A DNA stretch of 64,000 bases from a virus, in the IMG/VR virus record IMGVR_UViG_3300046517_002960, positions 64,001 to 128,000 of that record; one strand, written 5' to 3'. Positions 1 through 7,573 of the stretch are shown in pieces. Positions within the stretch are counted from its first letter, which is position 1; each line of letters starts with the position of its first letter. The notes beneath the pieces were generated by a model that did not search any database, had not been told where the DNA came from, and worked only from the letters and a program-made list of their open reading frames with translations. A program made the translations under genes and the position numbers.

Positions 1-3000
1 CCCAGCTTGGAGATCAGCACGGAGTCCTCCATCCGCGCCCACATGGAGTCGCGGTCGCCGAGCCCGTGCCAGGCCAGCGGGACCAGGTCGGCGCAGGCCG
101 AATGCGCGTGCAGCTTGCCGGCCCGGGCCACCAGGTCCCGGATCGCCGCCGCCTGCGCATCGTCGGAGGGGTCGAAGACCGCGGCGATGTGCTCCCCGCC
201 CAGCTGGACCAGCCGCAGCTCGTGGTCGGCATGGCTGACCGGGTAGCCGGAGTGCTCCACGTCCACCGACAGGTCCGCCAGGTACGGGGTGACCGCGGCG
301 ACCGCCTCGGCGATCGTGCACGGCAGCACCATCGGCGGCGCGCCCGGGTCGGCCGGGTTCCGGGCGGTGAGCACCGGCAGCGGGTACACCGGGCCTTCCA
401 GCGCCGGGTCCGGCCGCAGCGGCTTCGGCTTCGGGGCCTTCGGCTCCCGGGGCTTGCGTTCTGCTCGCTTCCGTTCGGCTGGCTTCCGCTCTGGCTTGTC
501 CGCTACAGGCTGTGACGGAGCTGCCGGGTCCGCTGCCGGGGGTGCCGCTGCCGGGGATTCCTGAAGGGATTGAGGGTCTGAGGGGTTATTTCTATTTTCC
601 TGCGTGTGCGTGTGTGCGTGTGCATGCGCATTAGGAATAGAAACCAACCCTTCATACCCTTCAGGAGGAGAAAAACTGAAGGGTTGCTGGATGGTTTGAC
701 CTGCAGTTTTTCCGTTCTGAAGGGTTTGGGCTACAGGCGGTGCAAACCCTTCAGTACCCTTCATGAACCCTTCAGCAGGACGGGTGGAACCTCCGCTGAT
801 GCCCATGAACTCGGCCGGAGTCGGCGTGAAGCTGCCTGGCGGGCGCACCCGGAGCGGCCGGTAGTTGCCGTCTGCCCGGTGAACGGCCTCAAACCCCTCA
901 CTGTTCAGGCGCCGTCCCCAGGCCGTCTCGGACGGGATCTGGGAGGGGTGCATATTCTTCCGGCGGCAACTCTCCGTGAACGCCTCGTAGAGCTGGTGGG
1001 ACTTGGTGCCCGGCTCCCAGGGCTCGCACTCGTCCTCTACCCAGAGCATGACCCGGTCCTGGCTGGCCTGGATTTCCAGTGCCGCCCGCCGGCCGGCCTC
1101 GGGGGCGCTTTCGCTGCCCGCGGACCCCGGCTCGGCCAGCCACCCGGCCGCCTCGGCCATCAGCGCGGCGAGCACGCCGGGGGCCTCGCGCCGCCAGGCC
1201 GGGCCGTTCACGTTCCCGATCGCGGCCCGGGCCGCGCGCACCTGCGCCGGGTCGCCGTCGCACGGGATCAGCCGGACCCGCCGCCGGATCGCCGGGTCCA
1301 CCAGGTTCGGCTCGTGCTCCGGGTTGGCGGTCAGGATCAGCGTGTGGGTCGGGGGGAACGTGACCGGGTTCTCGGCCATCCGGTTGCCGGTCAGGTCGGC
1401 GCCCCCGGTGATCTGCTTGAGCCGTTCGGTGGCCATCGTGCCGGCCCGGGGGGCCTCATCGATGAAGGACAGCCGGCGGCCTTTCAGCGCGTACACGATG
1501 GAGGCGTGCGACCGGTCGGCCGGGGACAGCAGCCGCGCGTCGGCGGTGTGCGCGTACGTGCCGAGCACGCTCATCATCAGGTCGATGACGGACGTCTTGC
1601 CCACGTCGGTCTCGCCCAGCATGATCGGCAGCGCCTTGTCGGAGTACCCGGTAACCGCGATGGCCAGCACCCGCAGCGCCCAGGCCCGCAGCTCCGCGTC
1701 CGGCCAGACGGCTGCCAGGAACGCGTCCCATAGCGGCGTCTTGCGCTCGCTGTCGGGGGTGACCGCCGCGCTGTGCAGATGCGGCACGCCCCAGTCAATG
1801 CGCCGGGTAGGTTCCGGGCTGCCCGCGAACTCCCGCAGGTCCCACGGCACCCCCCCGGCCCACAGGATCTCCCGGTCGGCATCCAGCCCGGCCAGGTCGA
1901 TCGCCGAGGGATGGAAGCCGACGCCGGTCTGCGCGTTCATCTTCCCGGCGATCCCGGCCGAGGACGCGTTGGTGCAGAACCTGGCCCGCCGTTTGGCCTG
2001 GGCCTTTTCCGGGGTGCCGTCATCGGCGGCCGGGTCGCCGGGCAGCATCAGCCAGCTGACCAGGTCGACGGCCCAGGCGGCGGCGTTGCCCCGGCGCGGC
2101 ACCCAGGCCTCCGGCCCGCGCACCAGCCAGGTGCCGGCGTCGGGGGCGTACCGCAGCGCCGGGTGCACCCGGGTCAGCACGTCCCGGGCCAGGGTGGCGT
2201 CCAGTTCCGCGGCCGTCTCGAACGGGGCGGTGCCGATTGCCTGGTACGGCGTCCAGAGCCGGGCGGGCTCGATCGGCTCGGGCTCCGGCTCGCCCTCGGG
2301 CACGCCCGGGGCCGGGGCCTGGTACTCCTGGCGGGCCGCCGCGTTCACGGTCAGCACGCACGGGTCCCACCCGGCCGGGCGCGGCCCGTGCTCGGTGACC
2401 GCGGACCGGGCGGCGCCCAGCACCATCTCGGCGAACTCGGCCTGGCGGCCCTCCCCGGCGGTCAGGTCGTTCCACAGCTCGTCCAGCGCCCGGATCGCGG
2501 TCAGGTAGCCGGGGTGGCCCTTGGCGCCCAGCATCACCGCGGCCAGGGTGTACTTCAGCATCGCGTCATGCCGCGTGCCCGGCTCGGCCCGGGTCAGGGC
2601 GCGCCGCGCCTCGTCCATCACCGCGGCCATGTCCACGCACCACGGCGCCCCGGCTGCCTCGCTGCCCTCGAGTTCGAGCAGCAGCTGCTGCCCGGCCTCC
2701 GGGGGCGCGTTCGCCCCGGCCGGCTTCGACGCCCCGGCCGCCAGAGCGGTCACCCAGGCGGGCGGCAGCTGCGGCAGCTGGTCCGGCCGCGGGATCTCGC
2801 CCGGGTCCGCCGCCGAGCCGTCCGGCCGGTACCAGGTGTAGGTGCCGTCCACCGCCCCGTCGTCGTCGTGGTGCGGGCTCGGCCAGACCACGGCGTACCG
2901 GTGGTGCAGCTGGATGATCTCGATGTCCGGGTCGATGGTGCCCGCGTACCGCTGCGCCGGCGCCCGGAAGAACCAGATCCGCGACGGCTGGCCCGGCCCC

Positions 3001-3347
3001 CGCGCGGTGGAGGACCAGGTCGGCGGCAGCTCGCCCCACTCGGCTGCCCGGGCGGCCAGGGTCTGCGCCCCGTGCTTCTGCTTGCCGTGCTTGACGTACT
3101 GGTCGACGTCGATGCCGATGACGCCGGCCGGCAGCCGCAGCGCGACCGAGCTGCCGGGCCTGCTGCCGATCCAGCCGATCACCGTGCCCGCGTCGGTCCA
3201 GGCCCCGTCCGCCCCGGTGTAGCCCTCCGGCGGCGGGTACTTGCCCTGCGCGGGCACCGGGATGACGCCCGGCCACCCTTTCAGGAGGTAGTCCCCGGCG
3301 TGCTCCGCGTACGGGCGCGCCGAGATGCCGGGCGCCGCCGCCGTCAC
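1..3347 (-). CDS. Fused replication protein: bifunctional primase-polymerase (Prim-Pol/AEP) + D5-like SF3 helicase + linker + PolA-type 3'-5' exonuclease domain; runs off the left edge (>1115 aa)
   Basis: GTG at 3347. Manual translation gives GVIGIDVD...HHRYAVVWPSPH (Prim-Pol), Walker A GETDVGKT (about 1590-1615), Walker B LSFIDE, then DLSVDVEHSGYP...LRLVQLGG...LHAHSA..DL...EDSVLISKL (exonuclease motifs). No stop in the stretches I translated (1-900, 1561-1680). The ORF track lists no ORF in this frame, consistent with no stop before the edge. Confidence 0.88.
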   Translation of the reverse strand, partial: MTAAAPGISARPYAEHAGDYLLKGWPGVIPVPAQGKYPPPEGYTGADGAWTDAGTVIGWIGSRPGSSVALRLPAGVIGIDVDQYVKHGKQKHGAQTLAARAAEWGELPPTWSSTARGPGQPSRIWFFRAPAQRYAGTIDPDIEIIQLHHRYAVVWPSPHHDDDGAVDGTYTWYRPDGSAADPGEIPRPDQLPQLPPAWVTALAAGASKPAGANAPPEAGQQLLLELEGSEAAGAPWCVDMAAVMDEARRALTRAEPGTRHDAMLKYTLAAVMLGAKGHPGYLTAIRALDELWNDLTAGEGRQAEFAEMVLGAARSAVTEHGPRPAGWDPCVLTVNAAARQEYQAPAPGVPEGEPEPEPIEPARLWTPYQAIGTAPFETAAELDATLARDVLTRVHPALRYAPDAGTWLVRGPEAWVPRRGNAAAWAVDLVSWLMLPGDPAADDGTPEKAQAKRRARFCTNASSAGIAGKMNAQTGVGFHPSAIDLAGLDADREILWAGGVPWDLREFAGSPEPTRRIDWGVPHLHSAAVTPDSERKTPLWDAFLAAVWPDAELRAWALRVLAIAVTGYSDKALPIMLGETDVGKTSVIDLMMSVLGTYAHTADARLLSPADRSHASIVYALKGRRLSFIDEAPRAGTMATERLKQITGGADLTGNRMAENPVTFPPTHTLILTANPEHEPNLVDPAIRRRVRLIPCDGDPAQVRAARAAIGNVNGPAWRREAPGVLAALMAEAAGWLAEPGSAGSESAPEAGRRAALEIQASQDRVMLWVEDECEPWEPGTKSHQLYEAFTESCRRKNMHPSQIPSETAWGRRLNSEGFEAVHRADGNYRPLRVRPPGSFTPTPAEFMGISGGSTRPAEGFMKGTEGFAPPVAQTLQNGKTAGQTIQQPFSFSPPEGYEGLVSIPNAHAHAHTHTQENRNNPSDPQSLQESPAAAPPAADPAAPSQPVADKPERKPAERKRAERKPREPKAPKPKPLRPDPALEGPVYPLPVLTARNPADPGAPPMVLPCTIAEAVAAVTPYLADLSVDVEHSGYPVSHADHELRLVQLGGEHIAAVFDPSDDAQAAAIRDLVARAGKLHAHSACADLVPLAWHGLGDRDSMWARMEDSVLISKL
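562..774. repeat. Iteron-like cluster (8 exact TGAAGGG/CCCTTCA heptamers) with AT-rich tract; putative replication origin inside the replicase gene
   Basis: Copies at 562, 648, 657, 677, 718, 747, 757 and 768 in both orientations; AT-rich GGTTATTTCTATTTTCC at about 584-600; lies in the low-complexity linker of the CDS. Confidence 0.65.
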
Positions 3348-3425
3348 GGCCGCCTGCCCTGGGTTTCGCGATGCATCGCGTGGCGGGGCAGCGTAAACGG
3401 CCCGCTGGCGGGTATGCTCTGGCTA

Positions 3426-3477
3426 AGCATGGTTCTCCTCACGGGGATCGTGCGGAGCATGGTTCTCCTCACGGGGA
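3426..3477. repeat. 22-bp direct repeat (period 30) duplicating an RBS+ATG upstream of the replicase
   Basis: AGCATGGTTCTCCTCACGGGGA at 3426-3447 and 3456-3477; reads GAGGAGAACC-ATG on the minus strand. Confidence 0.85.
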
Positions 3478-3609
3478 GCTGTGCGGCGCGTCACGTGGTC
3501 CCTTCCGGGAATGGGTCCCCGGCAGGCCGGGTGGTGCAGCGGTGAGATAGTCAGCTGGGTAGCGACTGGGCCGGGACCTTTACTGGGCAGTGGAGGTCCC
3601 GGCAGCCGC

Positions 3610-3810
3610 TCAGCCCTCCGGTCCGGTCCTCGTACGGTCGTCATGGTCTCGCTCCCTCGCCCTCGCGCTCTTTCCGTTCGTGGTGATCATCACGCCCCGG
3701 TACCGGCCCGCCGCCTCAGCCAGCAGCACGTTCGCGATGGCGCGCTCGTCGCGCAGCCGCAGGTGCACGTGGTCTCCGGGGTGCGGGCAGCCCCGGCGGT
3801 TACAGGGCAT
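3610..3810 (-). CDS. Small hypothetical protein (Cys/His N-terminus)
   Basis: 66-aa ORF overlapping the stop of the upstream gene; CNRRGCPHPGDHVH. Confidence 0.5.
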   Translation of the reverse strand: MPCNRRGCPHPGDHVHLRLRDERAIANVLLAEAAGRYRGVMITTNGKSARARERDHDDRTRTGPEG

Positions 3811-4219
3811 CTCCGGCCTCCCCCGCTCCGGCCTGCGCCTCCGGCCGGTACGGCACGCGGAACCGGGCGTGCTGTTCCCGCGCCACCTCCTCCGGCGTCA
3901 GCTCCTCCCCGGGCGGCAGGTACCGCCAGAAGTTCACGGCCGCGGCCGGGGCCGCGTTCACCGTGTCCTCGAGCGCGACGATGCCGTGCATCTGCAGGCC
4001 GCACTGGATGACCGGCCCGTTGCTGCCGCTGGCGGGCTTCTCGGTGACCCGGAAGACGCCCCAGCCGATCAGCGGCTCGGCCACGTAGCCGGGCGGGGTG
4101 CCCCCGGGACGGCCGGCGAACACGGCCCGCCAGCCGTACTCGGCCGCGATAATCGAGACCGGCTCGTAGACCGTGACCCGCTGCGGAGCCTGCGCGCTCC
4201 TGCTGCCCGCTGCTTTCAT
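3800..4219 (-). CDS. Hypothetical protein
   Basis: ATG at 4219 with GGAGG RBS, coupled to the upstream stop; 139 aa with globular composition. Confidence 0.7.
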   Translation of the reverse strand: MKAAGSRSAQAPQRVTVYEPVSIIAAEYGWRAVFAGRPGGTPPGYVAEPLIGWGVFRVTEKPASGSNGPVIQCGLQMHGIVALEDTVNAAPAAAVNFWRYLPPGEELTPEEVAREQHARFRVPYRPEAQAGAGEAGDAL

Positions 4220-4827
4220 GGCTGCGCCTCCCTGCTCCTGGCGGGTTCCTGGCCGGTTGCTCCCGGTCCCGGCAGCCGCCGCCTGCTCAGCGGGTCCGGC
4301 AGCCCGCAGTCCCAGGTAGCGGCGAAGGTCATGTGCCTCCCGCCGTCCCGGGCGTGGTGCTTCATTGCCGCCGGGTTCGTGATGTCCAGCACCCCGGCCC
4401 GGGCCAGCCGCTCGTCGGTGGCCCAGTTCTTGACCATCGACGCGGTCCGGGCCTGGCACGGGATGCCGCAGTCCGCCAGGATCGCCTCGAGCTCGTGCTG
4501 CTGCCGGCGGATCTGCTCCGGGCTGGTGCCTTTCAGCCCCTTGCGCGACGCCACGAACATCTCGATCCCGGCGGCGGTCAGGTCATCGCCGAACACGCCC
4601 AGCAGCATCAGCAGCAGGCTGGCCGCGCCGCCCGCGTCGACCTGCCAGGCCCGGGTGAACGCCGCCTTGCGCTCGAAGCCATCCGGGTCCCGCCGCCACG
4701 CGCCGAGCTGGAACCCGGCGGTGCCGCTTCCCGTGTCGATGCCGAGCGTGACCACCGACCCGGCCGGCAGCCCGGCGGTCGCGCTGGCCCTCACCAGGCC
4801 GGTGTGCCGCGAGATGCCCATGGTCAC
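4216..4827 (-). CDS. RuvC-like Holliday junction resolvase
   Basis: LGIDTG, GIEMF and HARDGGRH acidic motifs typical of actinophage RuvC-like proteins; GTG start overlaps the upstream TGA. Confidence 0.75.
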   Translation of the reverse strand: MTMGISRHTGLVRASATAGLPAGSVVTLGIDTGSGTAGFQLGAWRRDPDGFERKAAFTRAWQVDAGGAASLLLMLLGVFGDDLTAAGIEMFVASRKGLKGTSPEQIRRQQHELEAILADCGIPCQARTASMVKNWATDERLARAGVLDITNPAAMKHHARDGGRHMTFAATWDCGLPDPLSRRRLPGPGATGQEPARSREAQP

Positions 4828-5882
4828 CGCCGTCCCCGGCTCAGCCGGAAGACCCCGGACGTGACGAGGACGACGGCAATGACGCACAGCCACGGGGCCG
4901 CCTGCGCTCCCAGGAGGAACAGCGCGATGCCGAGGCCCAGGCTGATGAACGGGTGGCCCGGGTACCGCCGCGCGGCTGGGCGCTGCCCGGCGGGAATCCG
5001 CCTGACCGGGGTGAACCGGCCACACCGGGCGCACCGGCCGTCGCGGGCGAACCGCAACCGGGGGCCGCCGTGGTCGCACGTCCGGCGCCGTTCGGTCAGC
5101 TCGCCCGTGTCCTGCCCGGCCTTGTCCAGAGCGTCCTGTGCCGGGCGCCGCCTCACCGCCGCCAGCGCGCGGGCGTGATAGAGCTCTCCCAGCCGGGTGC
5201 AGTAGGAGCAGCGCTCCTGGCCGTCCGGCACCGGCAGGTGACAGCCGTGGCAGCAGCCGGGCGGCACCGCCTCGTACGACGGCAGCGCGGATTCTGGCAG
5301 TGCCAGCGGCCCGGCCAGCGCGGCCAGCGCGGCGTGCCTGTCCGGGTCCCACAGCGGGATGCCCGCGCTGCCGGGCTCGTCCTTCTCCTCTTTCTCCGGC
5401 CGGCCGGAGGATCCGTCCGCAGCCGCGGCGCGCAGGTTCCCCGGGTACGGGCACGCCAGGGCGTGGGCCGCCGGGACCGGGTTGCCGCGGGCAGCGCATT
5501 CGCAGCTCCAGCTCCATGGACCCGGGTCGTGCCCCGGGGTCCAGGCTGCCGTGCACGGGCCGTGTCCCAGCATGGCCATCGCCGGCCGGACGCTCCGGTC
5601 GACCTGCGCGCAGGGCTCACACGCCGCGCCCTCGCCGTCGCAGGTATGCCGGGGCCGCCGCGTGCCCGGGCCGCTGCCGGGTTGCGGCCCGCCGAGATCA
5701 ATGAGCTGCCCGGGCGGGACGGCGGCGTACTCGCAGAGCTGGCCCGCCGGGCAGCCGCAGTCCTGGCGCACGGTGGTGTCGATGAAGATCTCGATGCCCG
5801 GCAGCCGCCGGGTGGTTCTGTCCAGGTGCCCGGCCAGCGCTTTCATCTGCGCGGCCTGCCAGATCTCGTCCGCGGCGCTCAT
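4824..5882 (-). CDS. Cys-rich (multiple CxxC/CxC) protein with C-terminal membrane hairpin
   Basis: CGCPAGQLC, CEPC, CHGC..CSYC, CARC motifs; two hydrophobic segments at the C-terminus. Confidence 0.7.
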   Translation of the reverse strand: MSAADEIWQAAQMKALAGHLDRTTRRLPGIEIFIDTTVRQDCGCPAGQLCEYAAVPPGQLIDLGGPQPGSGPGTRRPRHTCDGEGAACEPCAQVDRSVRPAMAMLGHGPCTAAWTPGHDPGPWSWSCECAARGNPVPAAHALACPYPGNLRAAAADGSSGRPEKEEKDEPGSAGIPLWDPDRHAALAALAGPLALPESALPSYEAVPPGCCHGCHLPVPDGQERCSYCTRLGELYHARALAAVRRRPAQDALDKAGQDTGELTERRRTCDHGGPRLRFARDGRCARCGRFTPVRRIPAGQRPAARRYPGHPFISLGLGIALFLLGAQAAPWLCVIAVVLVTSGVFRLSRGRR

Positions 5883-6338
5883 TCAGCCCACCTCGATCCC
5901 GCGGTCAGCGTGCCAGCGAGCGTACACCGCGCGGGCCTCGGCGGCCGGGAACTCGAGCCGCGCGTCGATGATCTCCCGGGGGCGCCCCCGCCCGGCACCG
6001 GTTCCGGCCGGCCGGGCCAGGCAGTTGCACGATACGGCGATCTTGCCAGCCGCCGCTGCGGCGGACGGGAGCAGCAGCATGATCTGGTGCGGCAGCGCCG
6101 GGTCGGCGAGCACCGCGGGCCTGCCGTCCGGTTCCCCGGTGACGGACGGCCAGCCGATCGCGCGGAGCACGGCGTGCCGCCAGCAGCCGCAGTCCCGGGT
6201 GTGCCCCGCGGTCTCGGCGGCGACCTGGCCGGCGCTGATGTGGTCGGAGCTGAAGCAGTTCCCGTGCCCGGCGGTGCCGCAGTGCCAGCGCAGCGCGAGC
6301 ACCGTGTCGCGGCTGGCGTCCTGTGTCATGGCGCTCAC
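5883..6338 (-). CDS. Hypothetical protein with Cys/His motifs
   Basis: 151 aa, translationally coupled on both sides; HCGTAGHGNC...CGCWRH. Confidence 0.65.
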   Translation of the reverse strand: MSAMTQDASRDTVLALRWHCGTAGHGNCFSSDHISAGQVAAETAGHTRDCGCWRHAVLRAIGWPSVTGEPDGRPAVLADPALPHQIMLLLPSAAAAAGKIAVSCNCLARPAGTGAGRGRPREIIDARLEFPAAEARAVYARWHADRGIEVG

Positions 6339-7492
6339 CCGGTGATCCCGTTGTCATAGGCGGCCTGGCCGGCTGTGCCGGACTCCGGCGGGAGCGCCGG
6401 GCCGCCGCGTGCCTGGTGGTCCAGCACCCGGCCGCGCGCCTTGTCCAGCGCGGCCAGGAAGACCGCCCAGGTCTGCGACAGGTTCTTGACCAGGGACTGG
6501 ATGGCGAGCAGCGCGGCCACGGCGGTGTCGCCGAGCTCGGCCAGCAGCTCGTCCCGGCTGCCGCAGGCGCCCTTGCGCGGGTTCTCGCCGTCCCAGCCGG
6601 ACAGCGCCCGCCACACCTCGCCCGATTCCTCGCAGACCTTGGTGACCCGACGCCACCGGTTGGCCACCGGGTTCTCCCGGAACTGCCAGGGCGCGGCCTC
6701 GTCCAGGTGCGCGTCGACCGCCTCGATCCTGGCCAGAATCTCGCCGACGTCCCGTTCCCGGTCCAGCTCGGGCCACCTGCTGCCGCGGTGCTGCTGCGGC
6801 TGGCCAGCTACCGGGGGGCCGGACAGCGGCTCGATGGTGATCCCGTCAGCCAGCAGGTAGATGACGTGCCGGTCCAGGATGCCCATGGCGCCGTCCGCGG
6901 ACCCGGCCATATCGATGGCGGCCTCGGCCTGCGCCGGGCTGTACCCGAAGGTGCCTCCGGTCAGCGCTTCGGTGGCCTGCTCATAGGTCAGCCCGGTGAA
7001 GCCGTTGATGAAGCCGTGCTCCGCCGGGTTATCCGCCAGCCGGGTGATCATCCAGGTCCCGGAGGAGTGGTCATACCGGACCCGGTGGCCGGGCAGGGTG
7101 TGCACGTACCCCCTGGACGCACTGGATGAGTACTCCAGGGCCATGTCGGTCTCCGGCTTATCAAAGCCGAGCTGGGCGAGCATCTGCCGGGCCTGGCCCC
7201 GGTTCACCCATGCGGTGGGCTGCCGCCCCATCGGCTGCCATAGCAGCGGAGTCTCGCCGTCCGGCACGGGGAACGGCTCCCGGGCCGGGCGGGGCGGTGC
7301 CGTCGCCTGGTCCTTGCCCTCCACGGCCTGCCATGCGTTCGCGGCGATCGCGGCTTCCTCCGCGTCCGCGCTTGCTTCCTGCCTGGCCGGGGGGCCGGGG
7401 CACACGTGGCACCCGCCGGCGCGCGGCTCCTCGCACACCGGGCACAGCGCCGGGTCGCGTCCGGGGACCATGTTAGTGCCGTGCTCATCCAT
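6335..7492 (-). CDS. Protein with C-terminal MazG-like nucleotide pyrophosphohydrolase domain
   Basis: KVCEESGEVWRAL..W.GENPRKG...ELLAELGDTAVAALLAI (EExGE...ELGD); ATG at 7492 follows the GATCAGGAGAC motif. Confidence 0.75.
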   Translation of the reverse strand: MDEHGTNMVPGRDPALCPVCEEPRAGGCHVCPGPPARQEASADAEEAAIAANAWQAVEGKDQATAPPRPAREPFPVPDGETPLLWQPMGRQPTAWVNRGQARQMLAQLGFDKPETDMALEYSSSASRGYVHTLPGHRVRYDHSSGTWMITRLADNPAEHGFINGFTGLTYEQATEALTGGTFGYSPAQAEAAIDMAGSADGAMGILDRHVIYLLADGITIEPLSGPPVAGQPQQHRGSRWPELDRERDVGEILARIEAVDAHLDEAAPWQFRENPVANRWRRVTKVCEESGEVWRALSGWDGENPRKGACGSRDELLAELGDTAVAALLAIQSLVKNLSQTWAVFLAALDKARGRVLDHQARGGPALPPESGTAGQAAYDNGITG

Positions 7493-7573
7493 GCCTGTCT
7501 CCTGATCTGTCTCTCGCGGTATACGGTACATGGTAAGCCCCCGGAGGCGCGGCGGATTCCCGGTGCCCGCCCA

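Noticed and set aside
606-3545. Long + strand ORFs (606-1733, 1003-2508, 1773-3545) and the many similar overlapping ORFs across the window
   Set aside because: These are antisense or alternate-frame shadows of real genes, expected in high-GC DNA; Arg/Pro/Gly-rich, with no motifs or RBS.
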